Below are positions 38,977-51,607 of a stretch of DNA of 64,000 nucleotides, piece by piece; positions within the stretch are counted from its first letter, which is position 1, and each line of letters begins with the position of its first letter. The position numbers and the translations under genes were made by a program. Source of the stretch: Hormiphora californensis (taxonomy: Eukaryota > Animalia > Ctenophora); the NCBI GenBank assembly GCA_020137815.1, contig CM035355.1:2790001-2854000 (forward strand), in the 5' to 3' direction. A model generated the notes under the pieces. The model was given only the letters and a program-made list of their open reading frames with translations. It did no database searches and was not told the origin of the DNA.

Positions 38977-40585
38977 TTAAAACCCCGGAACTTGGAATCC
39001 CTCCCAGGCCACAAGGTTCTCTATCTTCCCCTCCTCGTTAACTCGTGTAGCTATAATCCTGTACCGTTCCCCACTCTGCATCCTCTTGGCTACCATATCA
39101 TCTGACCTGTTCACCCTGAGTTGCCGACCTGTATCCACCACCGGCTGAGGGGGCACCACCTTCTTCTGCTTCTTCTCCACCTCGGGAGCTCTCTTCTTCT
39201 TGGGATCAGATCCAGCAGTGTCAGCAGGTCTCTTCTTCTTCGCATCAACAGCACCATTAGGTACTGTGTCAGCGGGTCTCTTCTGTAGATCTGTTAGTTT
39301 GAAGGGGGTAACTGTTATGTCAGTAGGCACCCCATCTACCTGTAAACCCATGGTATGATTCCGTAGTGAGACTGTGAACCCCCCAGGCAGGTGGGAGGGC
39401 ATGAGAGGTTGTGGCGAGGCAGAGGAAGGCATCATGTTCCTGATCTCCATTTTGGGAGGGTTCGGGTCCGTTAGTTCACACAACTCCTTCTTCATTTTAA
39501 ATAGTACCTTGTTGGACTGCACAGTGACATGAATCTCAGCTAGGGCAGCGTTAGGGTTCAGCTTCTGGAGAACGGGCAGTACATCTTTCTTTAGACAGAG
39601 GGGTGTCCGCTGTCCGGACACCACAGCCAGATGATACATTGCCAGGTGGAGGGCTGTCACCATGGACATCCGGCACCGAGAGAAGGCCTCCTGACCACCG
39701 TTACATATGGAACACTTGAACCAACACTGCTCCCCACACAGGAGGGGTCGATCCAGCGATGTTACACAAGCCTGGTGGAACCATTGTCTGCAGCCTACAC
39801 AGTTCAACATCTGACGATTCCAGTGGCCATACCCTCCACAATAACAATATGTGTGTTCGGTGTTGGACCTGTGCTCCTTATCCCAAGTGAGAGAGTTCAG
39901 ATCATATGGAAGGCTAACCCTGGGAAGGGTTGAATGGGAAATAGGACCTGATATCTTCTTATTGATCCCAGCCGGTAAAACCTTCCCCTCAGCTTTGAGG
40001 TGTCTCAGATAGTTGTATAGAAGAGTAGTGTCAGAACGGAGTTTCCACTTATTTTGATCGTGATACACCCAGCCTCGGGACGCACTTAGTACCAAGTTTA
40101 GCCTCGATTTCCACCTGTCCCCTCTAATCCCCCCGTAATCAGGGAAGGCCCCCTGTATCCAAGAGATGATACTGGAAATAGTTGAAGGGCCCAGTTCGAT
40201 CAGTGACATAGCTGCCAGTGTTGCCTGAGTGAACTGGGGCCGGGAGATATTGGATGCACCTGGTCGAGCCTTATCACACTGACTACAGTACCAGTTCCCT
40301 TCAGACTCGAGGATATCATCCGATATGACCGGGTCATGGCACTTCTGATGAAAACCTAGGTTACAGAAATCACACAGAACTATCTCATTCGGAGGCAGGG
40401 AGACACCTTTAGAGCATGTTGCACAGAGAACATCATACTCGAACCTGTTAGTGTATATCCTTTATGTGGACCACAGCCTGCTTGGTATCATCCAGCTCTA
40501 CTAGGACCATATCTTCCCTGACAGAGATAATATACCCTTTATATAACAACCCATCACTCCAACGAACCAGGATGGTCTTGTTCAT
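38977..40585 (-). CDS. Polycomb-like protein (PHF1/MTF2/PHF19/Pcl family), apparently intronless, with one frameshift near 40450
   Basis: Tudor ILVRWSDGLLYKG..KDI from the ATG at 40585. PHD1 CATC..PPNEIVLCDFCNLGFHQKCHDP..WYCSQC. Linker LPYDLNSLTWDKEHRSN. PHD2 YCYCGGYGHWNRQMLNCVGCRQWFHQACV. EH region and C-terminal chromo-like YRIIATRVNEEGKIENLVAWEG. Confidence 0.9.
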
Positions 40586-41329
40586 GTCCGACTGCAGTGT
40601 CCTTGGAACAGTATACACAGTGCTCCTTTATAATCTTATCGGTCCGATCCCGGGTTCTGTCCTTAAACTCCAACCTCCGACGAATCTCACCATGTGTCTC
40701 TGTTGGCGTCAAACATTTCCCTTCTTTACGGTGTAGAGATAAAACAGAAGAAACAATTAAGTCTGTGTCATTGCCAATTTCGTTCCGTCCTTTTGGCTTT
40801 ATGGGAAACATTCTGTTGAAAATTTATAGATTAGAAAATATTTGTAATACTAGAACTGTTTGTGGATTTAAGTCCATTCGTAAGGATCTTGTAAATCTAC
40901 TCTCAAGGGGTAAAGTTACTCTTGACCAGACAACAGTGTAGTTATTTTTGACGTTTTTGGCCATATCTCTGCAAATTTTTGAACAAATCTTTTGGTTTTG
41001 GGATCGCTGGAAAGAAGGCTTTTTCAATACAGTTTACCTATGCTGCAGCCAGTATGGCGCACGCCGATCCTAGGATCCAGCTTTTTAAATTCGTTCCGAG
41101 AAAAAAACCAAAAAAGATTTTGAAAAAATGATGAATTTTATTATTTTTGATTTTCAATGAACTGAGCCGCGCGATTTTGAAGCTAGTTTGCGCTGGCGCG
41201 CCACGAGCCGCGCAGTTTTGAAACTCAATAGTAGGGTTTCTTAATTTCGCGCGCAGTAGTGAAATTCGTAAATGGATTTGCGCGTGCAAGTGCGCGGCTC
41301 ATTCTGAGCGAGAAGTTCGTCCACAGCCG

Positions 41330-42150
41330 AGCCGAACCAAAAATGTTTCATTTCCACTCTGGTGGATTTTGGTACGTCTGATCCGGACGCTCCTGGCAAT
41401 TTCCTTCTGATTTCTATTAATTTCTTTACTTTCTGTTTTAGTTGTGCCATATTTGATTGCAATCTTATTAATTTATCGCTTCCCACAATTTGGCTGCTTT
41501 TAAATGTTTCTTGTTGAAAGCTGAAGGACCCTCGTCAGACCACTGCCTCGATCGTGGGTTTCTCGGCTCTCCTTTACCATTATGCAGTCGCTGCCTTAGC
41601 TTCTTCCTCCTACTGGGCACCTTGGAGCCCCCTTCTGTACTTCCTCTAGAGTTTGGCCTCTCCTGGGCACCTTTTTGCACCCTCCCTCTTTTGTACCTGT
41701 TTGTATATCCTCCTTCCTGTGTCCTGAGTCTTTGGTGAATCCTTTTGCCATCTGTGGTATCCTGCTTCTACATTCTCCCTCGCTCCTGGGTAGTGGCCAG
41801 TGGGTATATCTTTCTGCTCTCTCCCTTGGCCCGGTTTACCTCTTCCTGCACTCTCTCCTTTCCGAGTACCACCTTCCCTCCGTACCCTGGGTACCTCCTC
41901 CTGCACCCCAGCCCTGGGTCTTTCCTTCTGTATTCTCTCTTGGCCCAACTTTCATGCACACCCTTCCTCCTTATGGTACCTGCTTCTTCATCCCCCTCCT
42001 GGGTATCTCCTTCAGCCTTCTGTACCCTTACTCCTTCATACCTGCTTCTACATCCTCCCCCTTTTGGGTAACTCCTTTTGCATCCCCCTTTTTGGTACCT
42101 GATTCTACATCGTCTCTCCTAGGTACCTACTTTTGAACCCTTTCTCCTTG
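41330..42150 (-). pseudogene. Decayed ORF with Gly/Glu-rich repeats and a Myb/SANT-like (trihelix) remnant, possibly Harbinger-derived
   Basis: RQWSDE..FNKKHLKAAKLWEAI, then a frameshift, then AQLKQKVKKL..R..GASG..KHF. This resembles the trihelix pattern. Many frame breaks. Confidence 0.35.
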
Positions 42151-43248
42151 TTACTATACCTATCCCCTCTATTTATTATCCTTTAATCCCTAAATTTCTT
42201 ATTTATAACTGGTAGTATTTGATAGTTTAATGCTGCAAACGGAAAACTCAAAAGTAGTGATGTGTACGGATGTCGGATGTGTAATGTCTACAAAGAGGAA
42301 AAGTGTTCTTCTTTTCTCTCGGGGAATCATTACAAACGAGGTACTGTTACCACTAAATTTACCAGCTAATGTTGCAAGAAACCCCAATTAATCGAATCAC
42401 GATCGATAAACAGTCTAATATGTACATGTTCACCATTTTTTTAGCTAGGTACATCACCATGTCTATAAACAATCTTTGCCCCGTCCAGGTACCAACTGAT
42501 ATGATAAACATGGGAATCTAGTTTTCACCTCAGTAACGACTACAATTAGACGATGGCCAACTAGTATGTGGCTGGGATATTTTCCGAAAAGAGAACTGGA
42601 CTGGACGCGTGAACTACACTCTCATCTCCATAACCAAGAAGGTTAGTTGTCAAATCGCCCCTTCCCAAATCCCTCCCAAGTTCCATTCTCTTCCCAGTTA
42701 TTTATTCTATTCTCTTCCCAGTTATTTATTACATTTCTATTTATCTTTATTACATGCTATTCATGTAGGTATGATGATTATGATAGAGCAATCTGTCTCC
42801 CTCTGTCGTTCGCTATCAGATGTCTTCTCTCTATCTCTTGCTCTATCTCTAGCTCTATTTCGGAGAGCGAACTGTATTGACACATTAGTTATCTCAAAAT
42901 GGCTCCATGTTTCTGGCCCACCCTGTATCTCCATCTTGTTATGTTCTAACCCCCCTAGGAAGGAGGTTTGAGCAAGGCCATCTCCATCGCTATCTCTCAA
43001 TCTCTATCTCTCCATCCCTTTGATATATTTCTCCATACTGGGTATGGTGTATGGTGTAGGTCATGGGTATGGCATACCCATGACCTACACTATAGTCTGT
43101 CTTAGAGTGTTTCTCTAGCTCTATATCTATCCCAAGTTTGACATATATTAGAGGGAAATGATGTGCATGCATTTATTGTGTGAACCTCAACAGTACAGTC
43201 ATGTACAATAATTTTCTGTATCTCCCTCGCCGTTATATTATTATTATA

Positions 43249-43885
43249 CTGGGTGTTCATTTTGGATCTTTACAAGCGTTGGCCTTCACCCAGAAAAAAG
43301 TTGACAAGATTAGGTCATGAAACTTCATACTTGGACCATTCTATACCCTCATTCAAGGTTCCTGGGGGTTTTGGAGCTCTAGCACCCCGGGAAGTGTGTT
43401 TTTGGCATCAAAACTACCAGAAGGAATGTTTTGCTGGTGCTGAGACTTTGCTAAAATGTTCTTTGGGTATTTTCTATGTCAATCCTAAAGTTTCATAGAG
43501 ATTGGATGTGTTTTTCGGACTCAAAATTTCGATAAAAGTGGCTGGAAAGGCTCGAAAACGGCTCAAAAACGGCTAAAATTGAGTCTTTCCAGCCACTTTT
43601 TACGAAATTTTGAGTCTGAAAAACACATCCAATCTCTATGAAACTTTAGGATTGACATAGAAAATACCCAAAAAACATTTTAGCTAAGTCTCAGCACCAG
43701 CAAAACATTCCTTCTGGTAGTTTTGATGCCAAAAACACACTTCCCAGGGTCCTAAAGCTCCAAAACCCCCAGGAACCTTGAATGAGGGTATAGAATAGTC
43801 CAAGTATGAAGTTTCATGACCTAATCTTGTCAACTTTTTTCTGGGTGAAGCCCAACGCTTGTAAAGATCCAAAATGAACACCCTG
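43249..43885. mobile_element. Palindromic Tc1/mariner-type MITE
   Basis: ~300-bp inverted arms starting C(T/A)GGGTGTTCATTTTGGATCTTTACAAGCGTTGG, with TA flanks. Confidence 0.88.
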
Positions 43886-43988
43886 TATTATATCTCGATT
43901 CTCTCCGATTGTCTCTGTATTTCTCTCTGTATCTCCCTATCTCTATTTCTCTCTCACCATCCACTCTCTTTCTCTCTCTCTCCCCCCC

Positions 43989-44051
<63 letters not shown>

Positions 44052-44069
44052 CTCCCTCACCACTGTATT

Positions 44070-44500
44070 CTTTCAGGAAAACTCATCACAGAACGGCGCT
44101 CAGTTGGAACGGCCGGAATACCTGGGTGGAAGGGTAAAATATCTGCAATGATAGGTGTATCCTGCTTCTCAAAGATCCCTTTCGGAGTTATGGACTCTCT
44201 AAACGAGAAGCCTGTGATCTCCAAGTGTTCCAGAGTGGGTGCTGCTGCTGATGGAAAAGTGAGACCTGTCGTTGTCTCTCTGAACTCCAGGGAAACTCTG
44301 ATTTCTCTTCTGAGGAAGGCAAGGGAGCTCAAGACTACTACGGCCTACTCCAAGGTGTTTCTGGAGCCTGATCGGACTCTAGAGTCTAGAGCAGAGGGTT
44401 GAGAGAAAGAGAACATTAAAGACATTGAGTGAGTTGAGAAGGTCGCATCCTGAGGGACGCTATGTGATTAGGGGTGGAGTAATACAGTGTGTGTAGGACT
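44070..44500 (+). mobile_element. Fragment of non-LTR retrotransposon ORF1
   Basis: RVG...KVRPVVVSLNSRETLISLLRKARELK...KVFLEPDRT resembles the C-terminal part of CR1/L2-type ORF1. Stops follow. Confidence 0.6.
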
Positions 44501-44789
44501 CTGGGTGTCGCCTGTCATAGCGGGACCATTCCTGTGTTGGCGAAGCCCTTGAATGAGTGTTTGAAATAATTGAACTTTCATTGTTTTCCGTACTCATTCC
44601 AAATGTTGACCCGAAATAGCAAGGAACAATTATAATACCGCCAGAGTGACGTGGAAATTAAATATTTTTCCAGATAAAACTATGGGTGGGGTGAACAGTT
44701 TGATCAGCTGATTATACGGTACACAGTTAATCACAACGGACCGTTTTATAATTATGCATGTGTGGATGTTATTAATTGTTTATATTTTT

Positions 44790-45420
44790 CGTCTATTTGA
44801 ACAATGAACTGTGTACCATTTTATTATGTATGTCAGTTTAAATTTTTGGTAAACAATTACAAAGAACAGTGTGGTTGAATCATTGAAACATGTTTGTAAT
44901 TATCCCTCCTTTTCTCTCTCTCTCTCTCTCGCTCTCTTTCTCTCCCCTCTTACTCTTACTCTTTCCCTCTCTGTATACAAACATGTTTCATTTTGTGTTT
45001 AATATCGGAATACTGGAACTTGGAAATGGTCGTAAAATGAGGAAGAAATTCATTAACATGGTTACGGCACTTGTCAGCGCATTTCTCAGCTGTTTCCATG
45101 AGACCTCCTTCCTTTGTCCTTGAACAAGGTGTTCTGATTGCCGCGCACGGTACATATTGGTGCGCGCGGTATAAAAGTACAGATGAAAGTCAAAAGATGA
45201 CAGCATTCGAAAAGTACACTATTTAGTGGTTTTGGCGGGTATTTGGCCCATGTTCAAAAAACCTAATTTAGAACCAATTTTATCCAAATTTTTTACTGTA
45301 TCTTGTTTGCAGAGTAATTTAGAACACTATGCTTTTTACTAGACTCAAATCCGATGTTTCAATCAAGAATAAGAGACATTTAAGTAGTTTGACTGGCAAT
45401 TAAGACTTAATTGGCTTTTA
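44790..45420 (+). repeat. Dispersed repeat, diverged copy of 12890-13480
   Basis: Collinear similarity with 12890-13480. Confidence 0.75.
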
Positions 45421-46387
45421 TTGGCCAATTAACCCAGGCACGCGTATATTTCTTGTAATGTACATGACTAAGGGACAATTAATTAACTATTTCCAATCAT
45501 AAAAAAGGGGGGTGAAATCCGTGCCTGGATCAGATTAGGGTCCCTACTACAAGCTCATCAGCTGTTTTTAAAAAATAATGTCCATTTTTTTTTCAACTGT
45601 TCACCCCTTGGAATGCGCTGCAGCCGCCTCATGCGCGCACCCCCGCAACGAGGGGACTGAAGGGAATGCCGCGCGCGCGTTTGGCCTGAGCTCAGGACGG
45701 GCCCGGCTGGGTCGAAGATAACTTTGCGAGCGAAAAAACGGCGGTGCTTATAACTTTGGCCCCTGAAGTCCGTTTCACTTGATTCTTTCACTAGCTGTTA
45801 GATCTGACAATTATCTACCTTGCTGTTTTTGAGAGAAGTTAATTGGACTTCAGGAGCCTGAGCAATAGCCGTTCAAAGATTGGTTGTTTTCAAAAAGTGA
45901 CGTCACAGATCCCTGCAGGGACACTTTGTTTCAAATTTGAATTAAAATCTCGAATTTTTTATTTTACCGCACTCGATTTTGCGGAGTTTGGTTCATATCT
46001 CCTGTTCCTGATAAGATAGAGACTTGAAACCGGTTGCATTTGAAAGCTGTTATCTTCCTCTTTCCAACGCTACCAAAACGATTTTTGTACCTTAACTGGA
46101 ACCGGAGATATGATTGATTATGTATTCCCCCCTAGCGCGGTATTCCCTCCAGGCCCCTTATATTATATTATAAGGGGCCTGCAACGTATGCCAAGTTCAC
46201 CCCCCAAAGTCGTGCGCGGAATTGTTTTGCGCGTCTATCACATGTTAACGTGTAGCGCGCGCAGCGTAAATTAAAATATTGCACGCGCACGAGTTGGAGG
46301 GTGAACAGTTGAATAAAAATGGACTTTAACCAAGATGGCCGATTTTTGTTTTTTGCCTCGTTTGTTCGGAAAACGTTAAAATCTAAG

Positions 46388-48656
46388 TAGGCCAGTCATA
46401 TGACGTCGATATATCGCTGAAAAAGGAAGTAATTGATCTAAAAGCGATTCCACTTCCAGGGCCCTCCAATGGGTCTCTACAACCACCAAAAAAATTTACC
46501 GCGGGTACCGCGATGGAGAAATCGGTCATTTCCGGGTTTATTTTGCACCTGCATAAATATAGGCTAGGACGAATGCGATATACGGTAAAAACCGTCTTTG
46601 GAAACAAGTAGAAAAGAAATCAAGGGCACTAAAGTGTGTAGCGTCCTCGCATTAGTGGGGGTAGGTGCTGGAATTAAGTCTCTATCTTATCAGGTTAATT
46701 AGATAATTGGATAATTAGATGCGCACATAGCCGTTTTATGGTTATACGGTAAAAACCATCTTTGGAATGGAGTAGAGAAAAAACCGAGGGTACTAGAGTG
46801 ATCAGCGTCCTCGAATTAGTGGGGGTAGGTACCAAAATTAAGTTCCTATCTCATCGCGTTAATTAGATAATTGGATAATTAGGTATGCGCATAACCGTTT
46901 TTAGGTTACATGGCTATAGCCACTTAGGAATGGTTTAGAGACTTTTCATTGGTGCCATTTTGTAGGGTGTCACACCACTTACCTGATTACCTCATTACTG
47001 ATACATGATCAGTAAAGGGGTAATCAGTGAAGCCACCAAAAATTGGGTTCAGTGACCTGTAGACTGACGATATGAGACACGGGATCTCATCAGTGTACAA
47101 ACCGAATACCCCCCCTAATTGACCTCTTAGCTGCTTCATGATCAGTTTTCCACACGAGATTTTATTTGTAGTAGATTTGATAAAAATACTATATTTTCAG
47201 ACTATTGAACAATTTTGTTACAGAAATTAGCTCAATATCAAATAAATCTCCCTTGCAATATAAGTCAAATCGAATTTAAAAAAATGTAGTCCATGAAACT
47301 TCTCTCCTGCTAGAACTCGACAATATACTCCAAATAGTTCTTATTCAGTAGATGTTTACAAACGTCTCTTCATCAACAGTAGGAGACGATTCGATATAAC
47401 TATCGGACAATGGTGGCGGGGGTAGAATGTTGGCTTCGGAGTCCGTAGATGTGTTAACGATGTCATTCAGTGAGGGCGGTGGTGGTAAGTTAGCAAACAA
47501 AGAAGACAAGCGATTTTGGTGGTAAGTCATGATGACGAAAGTTAATGGTTTTCATACGATTTCGTCACACTTAAGTATACCCTTCTATTACATTCCATCA
47601 TGCGACCCGATTTCATTGAGACAGGGTTCAATGTGTTCATGATACTGGCGTGACAAGCTGTTCACGAGATGGAATATGAACGTGATTAAAAACTGATTAG
47701 TGATCAGCTAAAAGGTCAATCAGGGGGGTATTCGGTTTGTACACTGATCAGATTCCGTGATCCGATCTGGTCACTAAACAGGTCACTGAACCCAATTTTT
47801 GGTTGCTTCACTGATAACCCCTTCACTGATCATGTATCGGTAATGAGGTAATCAGGTAAGTGGTGTTCAATCATTTTGTAGGCAATAGCCAACTTATTGG
47901 GGGTCGACGTCGGACTTTTAAGCTCTATATTCAACCGTTTAGCCGTTATTTGGCTTTAAAGGTGCTCAAAGTGAGCAAAAAAGCGGTAAAAAGACCGATT
48001 TTGAGCACCTTTAAAGCCATATAACGGCTAAATGGTTGAATATAGAGCTTAAAAGTCCGACGTCGACCCCCCATAACTTGGCTATTGCCTACAAAATGGC
48101 ACCAATGAAAAGTCTCTAAACCATTCCTAAGTGGCTATAGCCATGTAACCTAAAAACGGTTATGCGCATACCTAATTATCCAATTATCTAATTAACGCGA
48201 TGAGATAGGAACTTAATTTTGGTACCTACCCCCACTAATTCGAGGACGCTGATCACTCTAGTACCCTCGGTTTTTTCTCTACTCCATTCCAAAGATGGTT
48301 TTTACCGTATAACCATAAAACGGCTATGTGCACATCTAATTATCCAATTATCTAATTAACCTGATAAGATAGAGACTTAATTCCAGCACCTACCCCCACT
48401 AATGCGAGGACGCTACACACTTTAGTGCCCTTGATTTCTTTTCTACTAGTTTCCAAAGACGGTTTTTACCGTATATCGCATTCGTCCTAGGCTATATTTA
48501 TGCAGGTGCAAAATAAACCCGGAAATGACCGATTTCTCCATCGCGGTACCCGCGGTAATTTTTTTTGGTGGTTGTAGAGACCCATTGGAGTGCCCTGGAA
48601 GTGGAATCGCTTTTAGATCAATTAGTTCCATTTCACAACGTCATATGACTGGCCTA
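46388..48656. mobile_element. Long foldback element with TAG...CTA ends and 3-bp TSD (Academ-like)
   Basis: TAGGCCAGTCATATGACGT...ACGTCATATGACTGGCCTA, flanked by AAG at 46385-46387 and 48657-48659. Arms of ~570 bp are near-identical. Confidence 0.8.
46966..47872. mobile_element. Mutator-like non-autonomous element nested in the foldback
   Basis: ~180-bp imperfect TIRs, G...C ends, and 9-bp TSD ATTTTGTAG at 46957-46965 and 47873-47881. Confidence 0.8.
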
Positions 48657-49043
48657 AAGTGTTTTGAGTGTGAACTGCAGTTAACTGTGAGCAATCACGG
48701 TTGTTTAGGGTTAGGGCTAAAGTAGGGTTAGGTTTAGGGTTGGAATTAGGGTGTAAACTTGCCGGCAGATCGTAACGGCGCCCAGTTTGCTGCATGCTGC
48801 ATTCCCCCGGATTTCGTCCCTACCCCTGCTTGACCTCCTCCCTCCCGCCCTTGGGGTAGTGGGATTAATCCCTTGGTATGAATCATTCTACCGCACCCAT
48901 GAACGAGGAGTTCCGCAAGGCTGATATCGCCCTGGCATGGTGTACCGCTCTGAGCCTAGGCAGTGTTGGACTCATATTCATGATCCGGCACTGTCTTGGC
49001 TAAGCAGTATACTTAGTGTTATTATTATTATTACTAACTAGCC

Positions 49044-50962
49044 ATGTATACTGATAATTGTTCGAAAGACAGAGATCTGGATCAACTAAGTTCGCTGTAC
49101 TTGGGAAACAGTCGTAATTGGCCCTGGCACATCGCTCTTTCGTATGTAAGTCTTGTCCATCTAAAATTACTCCTCTCACCCAAAATTACCCCTCCCACCA
49201 CAAAGTAATGACATCAAGTAAAATACTAAACGTCCTAAGTATTTCCCATTCAGTTGAAAGATTACGAGAACCAAAAGAGACTGTTTGACAAGGTAATACA
49301 ATGATGATGAGTCTTCAAACATTGTACAACAATACACTTCCACCCTCTAGACGATTGGTCATCCGTTATCCGAACAGTTTCCCCCTGCTGGTGATTTCCT
49401 TAACAATTTCATAAAGACGTGGATCAAAAAGGTGTGTACTCTTAACATACTTTGTAACTTGTAGTTATTAGGTCGTTCCAGAAAGGATTTCAATTTTCAT
49501 AATTTTCATAAATCTTCTTGCTAGTTTTAAACTCTTTCTAGAACGATCTAAAATAATGTGTAAGCGTCACTGTGTAAGCAACTTCAGCTATCGACAGTCA
49601 TACCTCACGAGTAGTTCCACATCACTTGACACTATGTTTGAACAATTCAAAACATCACAGGTGGGAGATGGGGAAGTGCTGGAGGATGTGTTTGATAAAA
49701 TGGGTGAATTACTCGCCAAACCAGTAACAAATAAGGGATACCGAATCTACTCTTTTGTGAGTGTTGAAATATGTTATACAGCATACAAATTTGTATAGTT
49801 ACTGTACAATTCCAAGTACACACACAGTTCCCTCTCTTGTTTATTTATACAGACCCCATGCAGTGTGTTAAATGTGTGTTACATGACACTGCACATATGT
49901 GTCTCATGTGTGTTACAAACAATGTGTGTGAATTACAGGACCATTGGAACACGTTTGTTGTGACGCATGAAACAGTGTCTATGTGCAGTAAAGGAACTAC
50001 GGGTCTGCAGAGTTGGCAGGCCTGTTTTGTTGGGTGTTCCTGGGGAGCACAAAACAGGGAACTCTTTTCTGGAAAGTATGTTTTTAAAAACAATAAAAAG
50101 GCATCATATATTATTTTGAATACAATTAATGTAAATCACGACATTTATTATTTTATCTCTATTTAGGCGTGTTGTTGAGTTGGGTTGTGGAGTGGGTCTA
50201 CTTGGTGCCTCTCTGGCTTCCTTCTCTTCCCACGTCACGATGACAGACCACCACAATTCCGTCCTGAAAAGTGCTAAAAAGACGGTGGAAGTTAACAAAT
50301 TGGGGAATGTTGATATTGTAGGGCTGGACTGGAGAGATCCAACAGATTTAGAGGAGTGTGACATTGTAGTAGCAGCTGGTTAGTACTTAGTAGTGGTACA
50401 CTGCATCTTTATCTGTTCTACCACATGTACATCTGGCTATTTATCTCCACCCTCTCTCTCCACCCTCTCTCTCTCCACCCTCTCTCTCTCACCCTTCGTT
50501 TCTTTCCCTCTCACTCTCTATCCCCATTCCCACTCCTCTCTCCTTCTACAATCTACACTCGTATATAATAATTGCAACATATTCTTTCCAGATGTGGTGT
50601 TTGACCCAGCGTTACTTCCCCACCTTTGCAAAACAATTAGACTCCTACTAAAAAGGTTGGTATCTTCTCTTATTTCAAGTTGCTTTTACCATGACTTTCG
50701 GAATCCCCCCGGTATCTTCTCTCGTATTTCAAGTTCATGTTCCAAGCAGTGAAATCTAACCCCCACTTCCTCCCTCTCTCCTAGGCCAGATAACGTTTGT
50801 TTTCTCTTCTCCACCGTCCGCAACTCCGCAACCTATGAGTGTATGTTACAGTGTTTATCCCAGTCGGAACTAAAGTATGAAACTGTGGATATGACTTCAG
50901 TTGAGCACTATTTAGTTAAGAGTGTTAGCGATGTTAGGTTGTTGAAAATCACAACGGGTTAA
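49044..50962 (+). CDS. EEF2KMT: Protein-lysine N-methyltransferase, EEF2KMT/FAM86 family, multi-exon
   Basis: FAM86-like TIGHPLSEQFPP..FIKTWIKK, then KGTTGLQSWQA, SAM motif RVVELGCGVGLLG, DIVVAADVVFDP and STVRNSATY. Confidence 0.85.
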
Positions 50963-51239
50963 GAAGCAGAGCGGTTTTAATTTTGCTACTTTTTATTTTG
51001 ACAGTACATTTTTTAGTATTTTGACAAAAAGCCAAACTTTCAAAAGCTACGACTTTCCTTTTTTGCCATCTTTATTCAGATTCAATTCTCATGCATATAT
51101 TCCTTTCCTCTTTTGTCAAAGTTTCTTCCCACATTTTCCTCATTTTACTCTGACTCTAACACAATAGACATGCATTCAAAACATGTGTCTCTTCTTGATA
51201 TCTAACATTCCATATAGTGACCACTAGCACTGAGAAATA

Positions 51240-51557
51240 ATGGCTGATGTTGATAGTAAGAAACTGGAGAGTAAGAACGTACAAGATCTGACTTTGGTGG
51301 TGAATAAACTTCTAACTGATATGGTAGGTATATTAGGCTCACACAGACAATCGTATATTATCTTGTGTTGTTCATAATTCATTTCCGTTTTTAATCTATT
51401 GAGCCATGTTTACATCTTTTTGTAACTGGTAAATTAGCCTTCTCTTGGCTGTTAACATGTTGTAACAGCAGTTGTGTATTCCATGAGGGGGATGGTGTAG
51501 AAAGGAAGGGAGTAAAGAAAGGGAGAGAGATATAATATGAGGAGATGGGGTTGAATT

Positions 51558-51607
<50 letters not shown>

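Noticed and set aside
48704-48752. Interstitial telomere or chromosome fusion site
   Set aside because: Only a few degenerate TTAGGG units, embedded in a dispersed element seen twice in the window.
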